Position numbers and translations under genes: made by a program. A stretch of 54,978 nt of DNA from Candidatus Moraniibacteriota bacterium (GTDB taxonomy: Bacteria > Patescibacteriota > Minisyncoccia > Moranbacterales > UBA1568): assembly GCA_016182385.1 (NCBI GenBank), contig JACPGV010000004.1:1-54978 (forward strand), given 5' to 3'. Within the stretch, counting starts at the first letter, position 1, and each line of letters starts with the position of its first letter. Positions 28,085 to 35,410 of this stretch are shown piece after piece. The notes under the pieces were generated by a model. It saw nothing but the letters and a program-made list of their open reading frames with translations. It was not told the origin of the DNA and searched no databases.

Positions 28085-28491
28085 TATTAGTATATTCCAA
28101 GAAAATTACATGAGCAAATACGATAAAAGGTTTTGTCTAAAACCTTTTAAACCGAAGAATTGTTACGAACTCATATTTTGAGACAAACTTCATCCCGAGA
28201 CATGATTTTGTCCTCTAGCCATATATTTTTATGTCTTTTAGTCCTCCGTGTCTCTCGGAATGATCTAGACGGCTCTAGGAATGTTTAGGAAACCACATAT
28301 AAGGTAGTTTTTGGCTTTTTAAGACTCAAAAATACTTGAGTAAACACATGGATTGGCTTTAGATAAATCCTTTTTTCACGAAAAATTGTCACGCACCCAT
28401 GAGAGGAATGTAAAAAAGACCGCTCGAACAGTGAGAAGTCTTATTTTGTTGAATTTTTGAGTCAAAACACCGTTTTTGTTTCAGGTAAAGC

Positions 28492-28779
28492 CTAGTTTGT
28501 AGAGAATATATAAACCAGGAAACCGCCCCAAATCAAAAGATCGTATACAGCTATCCTTTCCGCCTTCTTGGCTTTTTCTACCGTTTTTATGTTCGTGCTC
28601 ATTTTTGCACGCGGAGCATAGCGAAAAGGAACCATGATAAGTAATGGAATTATCAGTGCGAAATTCGCCGAGAGATACGCATCCTTCGCAAACTTCTCCA
28701 TCTGCTCTTCTGAATATGCTTTCGTACCAGCGCCGGATCCGGCCTCGAATACTGAGGCAATCCTTTCAATTATACTCAT
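28492..28779 (-). CDS. hypothetical small membrane protein
   Basis: 95-aa ORF with two hydrophobic segments (ANFALIIPLLIMVPF, LLIWGGFLVYIF). Confidence 0.4.
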   Translation of the reverse strand: MSIIERIASVFEAGSGAGTKAYSEEQMEKFAKDAYLSANFALIIPLLIMVPFRYAPRAKMSTNIKTVEKAKKAERIAVYDLLIWGGFLVYIFSTN

Positions 28780-28789
28780 AATTGTTTAC

Positions 28790-29155
28790 TTAAGAATTAG
28801 TCTTGATCTGATTTGACTTGTAGTAATGGAAGCCGAACCCGATACCAAGCAACATCGTGAAAGGGGCAAGATTCTTTATCCCTTCCAAATCCTCGAGAGT
28901 TGCTTCAGAAAACGAAAGGTGGCGAGATGGTTCATAAATATAATCTTCTCCGCCATTACATGTGTACCCACCAACTCTTGGATCATAATCCACGGACTGA
29001 CATGTTTTTGAAATTCCGCCCCTTAAAATACCTCCGTCAAAAATCGAGTGTTTGGCATTTGAAAAAAGGATACCAATCAGAAAAAGAGGCATATAAAAAT
29101 TGAATATCAAAATCGAATACAACAGACTTCGTTGCAGAGTCATTTCTTTCTCCAT
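28790..29155 (-). CDS. hypothetical small membrane protein
   Basis: 121-aa ORF with N- and C-terminal hydrophobic helices around a Gly/Cys-containing loop (CQSVDYDPRVGGYTCNGGEDY). Confidence 0.4.
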   Translation of the reverse strand: MEKEMTLQRSLLYSILIFNFYMPLFLIGILFSNAKHSIFDGGILRGGISKTCQSVDYDPRVGGYTCNGGEDYIYEPSRHLSFSEATLEDLEGIKNLAPFTMLLGIGFGFHYYKSNQIKTNS

Positions 29156-29230
29156 ATAAAAAGACGACCTAAACTATTTAAGTCGTCGTGACGTTCACTA
29201 TGTTCACACATTCACTTGAGTGGACGACCC

Positions 29231-29353
29231 GACGGGTACCACACTCAAAAAGCACCGAAATGCCTCATCATGTGCGCCGAGCCGCCCGCTAAAGGGCGTG
29301 ATGAGGCAAAAAACCGAATAAAAATTCGGTGCACTATTGAGTATGGTACCGTC
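29231..29353. other. 123-nt rod-like imperfect hairpin (candidate origin/priming site or ncRNA)
   Basis: Nested helices. 29231-29247 pairs with 29338-29353 (15 bp with one bulge and one mismatch). GCACCGAA 29252-29259 pairs with TTCGGTGC 29325-29332. GCCTCATCA 29262-29270 pairs with TGATGAGGC 29299-29307. CGCCC 29283-29287 pairs with GGGCG 29294-29298. Confidence 0.6.
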
Positions 29354-29439
29354 TATAAAGTAATACGAATTTCGATAAAAGTAAACGATCCTTCTCTTGA
29401 TTTGAGCGTCTGCTAGGAGTAGTCTGTGAAGAAAGCTTT

Positions 29440-30321
29440 ATGTACGCGAGAATTTCAGAACAAGACTATATCCTGATCCGAAGGTTGGAATCAGGAACAG
29501 CAATAGAGAAGCGTTTTGCCGAGATTTTCAAGGAAGTCTTGATCGATCTTGATTTTAGGGATTTTGTCTCCCATGCGAGAAAGAGGTTAAAAATTCCTGA
29601 GAACGGAATTAGCAACGACAGGCGATCTGCGAGTCTCCTTGATAAATGCCTGATGCCGGGAGGAATTACTGATGGTCAATACGTCTACAGACCCTACATA
29701 TCTTTAGATGAACTCTGTGTTGGATATGATAATGCAATAGATGAATTCCTGGAAAAAAAGTCATGGTACGGGCTGGACAGAAAGTATTACTATCACAATT
29801 TTTACTCTATTGGCAGCCTATCTTTCGCAATAAGGGAGTATATCTTGACAGGAGACGTCGTCCCTTCAGAGACTGAAATGGCTTGTATATCAAGGACTTT
29901 TCATAAAGAATCGGATTTGGAAGAAATGAAAAAAGACCCCAAATTATACGAGGAAATGAAGAAAGATGGGATTGCGTCGTACGTCACAGATGAGTCAATT
30001 GAGATTTCTTTTTCTCCACATGTGACAAAAAAGGAACTCATCGAATATATCGAAAGTAATTGGAGGTATGTTCAGGAATTAAAGACGAATATCCTTGGAA
30101 AAATTCCCCAGAGAAGGATCAAATCTAGAAAGAATTTTTTTCGTGACTTATACATATTTCAAAAATACGAGGAGTTTAAGAAAACAATTCAACCAGGCGA
30201 ATATGCCGAAATTAAGGTTGGAACATTCTTAAGAAAAGAGTATGGGATGAACTTGGAAGACGGGACTATTCGCTCAATCGTAAGCAGGACTCGTAAACTT
30301 GTTTCAAATAAGAAGGGGTAG
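29440..30321 (+). CDS. hypothetical protein (island-encoded)
   Basis: 293-aa ORF followed by a clean terminator. No motif recognised. Confidence 0.55.
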   Translation: MYARISEQDYILIRRLESGTAIEKRFAEIFKEVLIDLDFRDFVSHARKRLKIPENGISNDRRSASLLDKCLMPGGITDGQYVYRPYISLDELCVGYDNAIDEFLEKKSWYGLDRKYYYHNFYSIGSLSFAIREYILTGDVVPSETEMACISRTFHKESDLEEMKKDPKLYEEMKKDGIASYVTDESIEISFSPHVTKKELIEYIESNWRYVQELKTNILGKIPQRRIKSRKNFFRDLYIFQKYEEFKKTIQPGEYAEIKVGTFLRKEYGMNLEDGTIRSIVSRTRKLVSNKKG

Positions 30322-30356
30322 CTTAAAAGCAGTATTTCAACAAAGAAGATTCCTCG

Positions 30357-30383
30357 ATACTGGCAATATGCCAGTATTTTTTA
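30357..30383 (+). terminator. rho-independent terminator
   Basis: ATACTGGC-AATAT-GCCAGTAT followed by TTTTTT. Confidence 0.7.
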
Positions 30384-30394
30384 TTTTCTAACCT

Positions 30395-31018
30395 ATGCAA
30401 GAGAGAAAATCTCATGAGTTAGATGACGACGAGTTGTTTTTCGCTTCGCTCGAGTGGAAGCACGAATGGCGGCGAAGTCTCCCAAGACTCAGTGATAGAG
30501 AGTTGCTTGAGATTTTTCCAGTCTCAAAAGAAACACTCCAAGAGAAGCTCGCCGAGTGGCGAAGGCAGCGAGACATCGTAGCGCTCTCGATCAAGTCGGA
30601 CTGGCAGAAAGTCCCGAGGGAATATGAATGGTTTTTCAAGATACTGTTCGAGAAATGCCGTCTCTCTGAACTTCGTGAGATCGACCGACAAATAGCCAGA
30701 ATCAAAAGACTGCTTGCGATACTCGGTGGCCCAACGGACAAGCAAGGCCGTCGTTGGCAAAGCATGGCCGATCTCATCGCCGAAGCGAGAGTCTATCCGA
30801 TCTACGAATTCGCCAGGGATAAACTTGATCTCAAACCATCCGGAAAGAATTTCTTCGCTTTGTGTCCGTTTCACAATGAGAAAACCCCTTCTTTCTGCCT
30901 CTACACCGAAAGCAACCGCTTCCACTGCTTCGGTTGTCATGAAAAGGGTGACGTAATTAATTTAGCGATGCGTCTGTGCGGAGTCGGTTTCACCGAAGCC
31001 GTCCGGATGCTCCGATAA
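30395..31018 (+). CDS. CHC2 zinc-finger protein (DnaG-primase-type zinc finger only)
   Basis: 207 aa. The C-terminal CPFHNEKTPSFCLYTESNRFHCFGCHEKGDVINL is the CHC2 primase zinc-finger signature. I see no TOPRIM-like region. Confidence 0.7.
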   Translation: MQERKSHELDDDELFFASLEWKHEWRRSLPRLSDRELLEIFPVSKETLQEKLAEWRRQRDIVALSIKSDWQKVPREYEWFFKILFEKCRLSELREIDRQIARIKRLLAILGGPTDKQGRRWQSMADLIAEARVYPIYEFARDKLDLKPSGKNFFALCPFHNEKTPSFCLYTESNRFHCFGCHEKGDVINLAMRLCGVGFTEAVRMLR

Positions 31019-31022
31019 TCAT

Positions 31023-32369
31023 ATGTCAGATATAGAAAAAGATGTCGAGAAGCCAATCGAAATATCGTCAAAAGTATTCGATGACGGCACTATAGCCGAG
31101 ATGGTCTATGACCCGAAGGAAGGCACGACCGCTCTCATAACCTGCGGAGTCATGGGAGAAATCGAAACCAAGCAATCGTTCGAGCACCATGGAGTCGTTT
31201 ACAAGCCTCACTCGCCACACAAAGAAATCTTGCACAGCGGCGTGGTCCTCTTTCCGTCTGAACCAATAGAGTACGGGTCTCAAACCGAACTAGTACGAGA
31301 TATTCAAGCATTCATCCACAAGTATCTCTCGGTATCGCCGTTCTTCGAAAAGATAGCTAGCTACTACGCGCTCTTCTCGTGGATATACGACGACTTCAAT
31401 GAGCTGCCCTATCTCAGAGGGTTGGGCGATTATGGCACCGGCAAATCAAGACTGCTCCAAGTAGTCGGCTCGATCTGCTATACACCGATCTTCGCTAGTG
31501 GTGCCACTACTGTCTCGCCCATATTCCGCATTCTCAACGACTACAAAGGGACACTCGTTCTCGATGAGGCCGACTTCCGCTTTTCCGATACGACTGCTGA
31601 CATTATCAAGATTCTGAACAGCGGTTTCATGAAGGGTGTGCCGGTTATCCGGAGCGAAGCCAACGGAAAAAAGAGTTTTGACGTCAAAACATTCCAGGTA
31701 TTCGGCCCCAAGCTCATCGCCACGAGGCAGCTTTTCAAGGATACAGCGCTTGAAAGCCGGATGCTTACCGAAGACATGAACCTGAATTCACCGAGAGGCG
31801 ATGTGCCATTCAATATCCCAGACAGTTTTCGAGACGAAGCGCTCGAACTGAGAAACAAGCTGCTCATGTTCAGGCTCCGCAACAAGGGGGTGAGTCAGCT
31901 CAAGCCCGAGCTTGAAAATCGAGACATTGAACCACGGCTCAACCAGATCGCTGTTCCGCTCATGAGCATCATTGAGGATCAAGAGCTTGTCGCCGAGATT
32001 CAAAGCCACATCGCCGAGTACAACGAACGTATCAAAACCGACCGCACGCTGAACTACAACTACCAGATTCTCGACGCTATCTGCGCGTTATTGGATAACG
32101 GCTATTTCAAGCCGACGATCAAGCAGATAACCGACAAGTTCAATGAAGGGCTGAGCTATACGGAAACGACGACTTCCAAGAAGATGGGTTACCTGATCAG
32201 TAAAATCCTGTACCTCAGAACCGAAAAGACCAGAAACGGCTATGTGCTCTGCGAGGACAACAAGGAAAAAATCGAAATCCTACGAAAACGATACGGCATA
32301 GACAAGAACGGCGTGAACATCGTGAACAATGAGAACGTCTCCGAGGACATTCCTGTGGTGCCGTTTTAA
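31023..32369 (+). CDS. P-loop NTPase, putative replication helicase / primase-associated ATPase
   Basis: 448 aa. Walker A GDYGTGKS and Walker B-like LVLDEADF. Sits next to the zinc-finger gene. Confidence 0.55.
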   Translation: MSDIEKDVEKPIEISSKVFDDGTIAEMVYDPKEGTTALITCGVMGEIETKQSFEHHGVVYKPHSPHKEILHSGVVLFPSEPIEYGSQTELVRDIQAFIHKYLSVSPFFEKIASYYALFSWIYDDFNELPYLRGLGDYGTGKSRLLQVVGSICYTPIFASGATTVSPIFRILNDYKGTLVLDEADFRFSDTTADIIKILNSGFMKGVPVIRSEANGKKSFDVKTFQVFGPKLIATRQLFKDTALESRMLTEDMNLNSPRGDVPFNIPDSFRDEALELRNKLLMFRLRNKGVSQLKPELENRDIEPRLNQIAVPLMSIIEDQELVAEIQSHIAEYNERIKTDRTLNYNYQILDAICALLDNGYFKPTIKQITDKFNEGLSYTETTTSKKMGYLISKILYLRTEKTRNGYVLCEDNKEKIEILRKRYGIDKNGVNIVNNENVSEDIPVVPF

Positions 32370-32390
32370 CCCAACGGATACCGCAAGTGT

Positions 32391-32573
32391 GTGCTTACCG
32401 AATCCGACATCAAGAAGTTTCAGACGCTCTACGAGCAAGAAACGGTCGAACAACTGTCTCCAGAAGAGGCTTTGGACTGTGTGGAAAGTCTGGTTGAGAT
32501 GATCCGCTCAGTCTACAAGCCGATCAAGAAAGACGACTTCGAGCCGTGTACAAGCCAAAAGAGCGGTATATAA
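32391..32573 (+). CDS. hypothetical small acidic protein
   Basis: 60-aa ORF with a GTG start, directly upstream of the recombinase. It could be a directionality-factor-like accessory, but nothing supports that beyond position. Confidence 0.3.
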   Translation: MLTESDIKKFQTLYEQETVEQLSPEEALDCVESLVEMIRSVYKPIKKDDFEPCTSQKSGI

Positions 32574-32605
32574 TCGCTCTTGTGCGTGCAAAATTATCTA
32601 CGCAG

Positions 32606-34210
32606 ATGGAAAAGACTGTCTACCTGATGTATCTCCGTAAGTCGACCGACAGCGAAGATCGTCAGATCCAATCGATCGAAGACCAGAAAAAGGAACTGGA
32701 GCGTATCGCCAGGCAGTTTAAGCTTGAAATCAAAGGAATCTACCAAGAGAACATGTCGGCCAAGAAGCCGGGTCGTCCTGAGTTCAACCGCATGCTCGCC
32801 GACATCAGGAAGGGCAAGGCGAACGGCATTCTCTGCTGGAAGCTCAACCGTTTGGCGAGAAATCCGATCGACGGAGGCGAGATCATGTGGCTTGTCCAAG
32901 AAGGTATCGTCCGATCCATTCAGACACCCGGGAGAGAATACAAGACCGGTGACAATGTGATCATCATGAGCGTCGAACTCGGCATGGCGAGCCAGTACGT
33001 CCTCGATCTAAGCCGAGACGTGAAGCGAGGCATGCTTTCCAAAGCCGAGAAGGGCTGGCGACCCGGTCGAGCACCGATTGGCTACCGGAACGACAAAGGA
33101 GGCGAGCAAGGAAGCAAGGTAATCCATACCGACGACGAAAAGTTTCCGATCGTGAGAAAGATGTGGGATCTCATGCTGACAGGCGAATACTCGGTCTCCA
33201 AGATTCTCGATATCGCCAATAACGAGTGGGGGTTGAGAAGAACGACCAGAAAAGGCGAAGAAAAGCTCTATGAAAGCCATGGCTACGTCATTTTCACCAA
33301 TCCGTTCTACTTCGGCGAGTACGAGTGGAATGGCAAGCCATATCAGGGCAAGCACCGCCCCATGGTGACCCGAGAAGAGTTCGAATACGTCCAAAAGCTC
33401 CTCGGAATCAAGAGCAAGCCTCAATCAAGACACAAAGACTTGCCGTATAGGGGAACGATTCGCTGCGGTGAGTGCGGCTGCCATATCACAACCGAGATCA
33501 AGACTAAGCGGATCAAGTCAAAAGGCGTTCTCAAAAGCTTTATCTATCACCACTGCACCAAGAAAAAGCCTGAGGCAAGGTGCCAGCAGAAACCGATAGT
33601 CCACGAGAAGCTGAACGAACAAATCATGGCCAAGTTGGACAGTATAACCCTGCCAGAAAGCTTTCTCGGATTCGCCTTGAACATTCTGAACCGAGACAAC
33701 GAACTGGAGACCGACAATCGCAATATCGTGATCGGCAACATGCAGAAAGCCCTCAAAGACTGCCAAGAGAAGATCGATAATCTCTTGAAGGTCTATATCT
33801 CCTCGGGGAACTCGGAGAAAGAGCTGATAAGCGATGAAGAATTCAAGACCCAGAAGACAGCTCTTCTGAGAGAAAAGACCGAAATCGAACAGAAATTGGA
33901 CAATTTAAGCCGTCGAGCGGATGAATGGTTAGAACTGACGGAAAAAACCTTCAAATTCGCAGTCTATGCCAAGCATAATTTCGATAAAGGGGACTATAAA
34001 ACCAAGACTTCTATACTGCGAGCGCTCGGATCGAGCTTCGTTCTGAAGGACGGCAAGATCGAAATCACCCTACGGAAACAGTATCAAATCATCGAAAAAG
34101 GCATCGAAATGACAAAGGCTCAAAACCCTAGGTTAGAACTGACCAGTTTTGCTTCAGATAAAACAAAAACAGCCTCTTTCGAGGCCGTTTCTGCTACTTG
34201 GAGCGGGTAA
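32606..34210 (+). CDS. large serine recombinase
   Basis: Resolvase-type N-terminus VYLMYLRKSTDSEDRQIQSIEDQ (catalytic Ser region), a recombinase domain, a zinc ribbon CGECGCHIT...HHCTKKK and a coiled-coil. I prefer the ATG at 32606 to the track start at 32546, which overlaps the preceding ORF. Confidence 0.85.
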   Translation: MEKTVYLMYLRKSTDSEDRQIQSIEDQKKELERIARQFKLEIKGIYQENMSAKKPGRPEFNRMLADIRKGKANGILCWKLNRLARNPIDGGEIMWLVQEGIVRSIQTPGREYKTGDNVIIMSVELGMASQYVLDLSRDVKRGMLSKAEKGWRPGRAPIGYRNDKGGEQGSKVIHTDDEKFPIVRKMWDLMLTGEYSVSKILDIANNEWGLRRTTRKGEEKLYESHGYVIFTNPFYFGEYEWNGKPYQGKHRPMVTREEFEYVQKLLGIKSKPQSRHKDLPYRGTIRCGECGCHITTEIKTKRIKSKGVLKSFIYHHCTKKKPEARCQQKPIVHEKLNEQIMAKLDSITLPESFLGFALNILNRDNELETDNRNIVIGNMQKALKDCQEKIDNLLKVYISSGNSEKELISDEEFKTQKTALLREKTEIEQKLDNLSRRADEWLELTEKTFKFAVYAKHNFDKGDYKTKTSILRALGSSFVLKDGKIEITLRKQYQIIEKGIEMTKAQNPRLELTSFASDKTKTASFEAVSATWSG

Positions 34211-34273
34211 CGGGAGTCGAACCCGTATCTTGACCTTGGCAAGGTCACATAATAGCCGCTATACGATACCCGC
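34199..34273 (-). tRNA. tRNA-Gly (anticodon GCC)
   Basis: Reverse complement: acceptor GCGGGTA/TACCCGC, anticodon arm TGACC-TTGCCAA-GGTCA, T arm ACGGG-TTCGACT-CCCGT. CCA is encoded. Confidence 0.9.
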
Positions 34274-34282
34274 GTTCTTTTG

Positions 34283-34354
34283 TGGGACTGGTTGGAATCG
34301 GACCAACGACCAAGCGGTTATGAGCCGCGCGCTCTACCACTGAGCTACAGTCCC
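34283..34354 (-). tRNA. tRNA with CAT anticodon (elongator Met or Ile2/lysidine)
   Basis: Reverse complement: acceptor GGGACTG/CAGTCCC, anticodon loop CTCATAA, T arm GTTGG-TCCGATT-CCAAC (unusual C at position 55). The 1-72 pair is G-C, so it is not a bacterial initiator. Confidence 0.8.
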
Positions 34355-34416
34355 GAGAGCCAAAACAGCCATTTTTCCACATTATACACACGATATACAC
34401 TCTTTTCTTCTTTCTG

Positions 34417-34488
<72 letters not shown>

Positions 34489-34497
34489 TTTTTTTGG

Positions 34498-34529
34498 CTT
34501 GCTCACCACGGTGCGTGCTTGGGGACTCG
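34498..34529 (-). pseudogene. duplicated 3' fragment of tRNA-Val(TAC) plus its downstream flank
   Basis: 34498-34529 matches 34620-34651 with 2 mismatches over 32 nt. This covers 14 nt of flank plus the last 18 nt of the tRNA. Confidence 0.8.
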
Positions 34530-34633
34530 GTCACGAGTTTCGCTTCGCGAACTCTCGACCCCGCCTCGCGGCTTTGCAGCGCTCCGGCCTTCTCGTCCCT
34601 GCGCAAGTCGAGCAGTCGACTTGCTCACCACGG

Positions 34634-34707
34634 TGCGTGCTGAGGGACTCGAACCCCCGACCCTCTCGGTGTAAACGAGATGCTCTAACCAACTGAGCTA
34701 AGCACGC
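34634..34707 (-). tRNA. tRNA-Val (anticodon TAC)
   Basis: Reverse complement: acceptor GCGTGCT/AGCACGC, anticodon arm TCTCG-TTTACAC-CGAGA, T arm GGGGG-TTCGAGT-CCCTC. Confidence 0.9.
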
Positions 34708-34755
34708 TATCCGAAGAGTAAAATTAAAACACCAAAACTCTCTTCATTCGTTTTG

Positions 34756-34839
34756 TGCCCAGGAGAGGACTCGAACCTCCAATCCCTTGCGAGAACTAGC
34801 ACCTCAAGCTAGCGCGTATACCAATTCCGCCACCTGGGC
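34756..34839 (-). tRNA. tRNA-Leu (anticodon GAG)
   Basis: Reverse complement: class II tRNA, acceptor GCCCAGG/CCTGGGC, anticodon arm CTAGC-TTGAGGT-GCTAG, long variable arm, T arm GGAGG-TTCGAGT-CCTCT. Confidence 0.85.
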
Positions 34840-34849
34840 ATAAAAGAGC

Positions 34850-35293
34850 TTACTCTTTCGTTTCTTTCTCTTCTTTTTCAGGATTTTCCACGACATTTTC
34901 CTCAGAAATCGTTTCTTCCGGAACCAAACCGCTTTTTACAGCCACTTCTTTTAGTTTCTTGCTGAGTACTTTGACGGACTTATCACGAACATAATACAAC
35001 TTCGCTCGGCGGGCGCGCGTTCGTTTTACAAACTCAATTTTTTCAATTTGCGGCGAAGAAAGAGGAAAAATAAGCTCTACACCAACACCGGACGATATTT
35101 TTCGAACAGTAATAGTTTTTGAAGAACTTTGTCCTCCTTTAATAGCAATAACCGTTCCCTGAAAAACCTGCGTGCGTTCCTTCCCGCCTTCTTTAATTTT
35201 ACGAAAAATCTTTAAAACATCACCCGCTTGAAGTTCGGGAGTGGAAAGCGGCTTGCGCTGTTTGAGATTAAAAGCAATAAGTTTTTGGTGCAT
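34850..35293 (-). CDS. rplS: 50S ribosomal protein L19 (with acidic C-terminal extension)
   Basis: 147 aa. AGDVLKIFRKIKEGGKERTQVFQGTVIAIKGG ... FPLSSPQIEKIEFV is the L19 core. Confidence 0.9.
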   Translation of the reverse strand: MHQKLIAFNLKQRKPLSTPELQAGDVLKIFRKIKEGGKERTQVFQGTVIAIKGGQSSSKTITVRKISSGVGVELIFPLSSPQIEKIEFVKRTRARRAKLYYVRDKSVKVLSKKLKEVAVKSGLVPEETISEENVVENPEKEEKETKE

Positions 35294-35410
35294 ACGTTTA
35301 TGAAAATAGAGCTTAAATAGCCTGCGAAGTCATTACCAAGAAAAAGAAAAAACCTTGACCCTCTCATTCCAATAAAAGGCTTTCCAAGGCCCTGTCATCA
35401 TAGCTTGCAA

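Larger units (their letters stand above)
24857..34217. mobile_element. integrated genomic island / integrative element at tRNA-Gly(GCC)
   Basis: Bounded by the 17-nt direct repeat of the tRNA-Gly T-loop-to-acceptor sequence. A large serine recombinase sits next to the intact tRNA. Cargo is an R-M pair, XRE/ImmA and a replication module. Visibly GC-richer than the flanks. Confidence 0.6.

Noticed and set aside
29216-29416. 66-aa plus-strand ORF
   Set aside because: It coincides with the 123-nt nested hairpin. Its composition is driven by the palindromic GC-rich stems.
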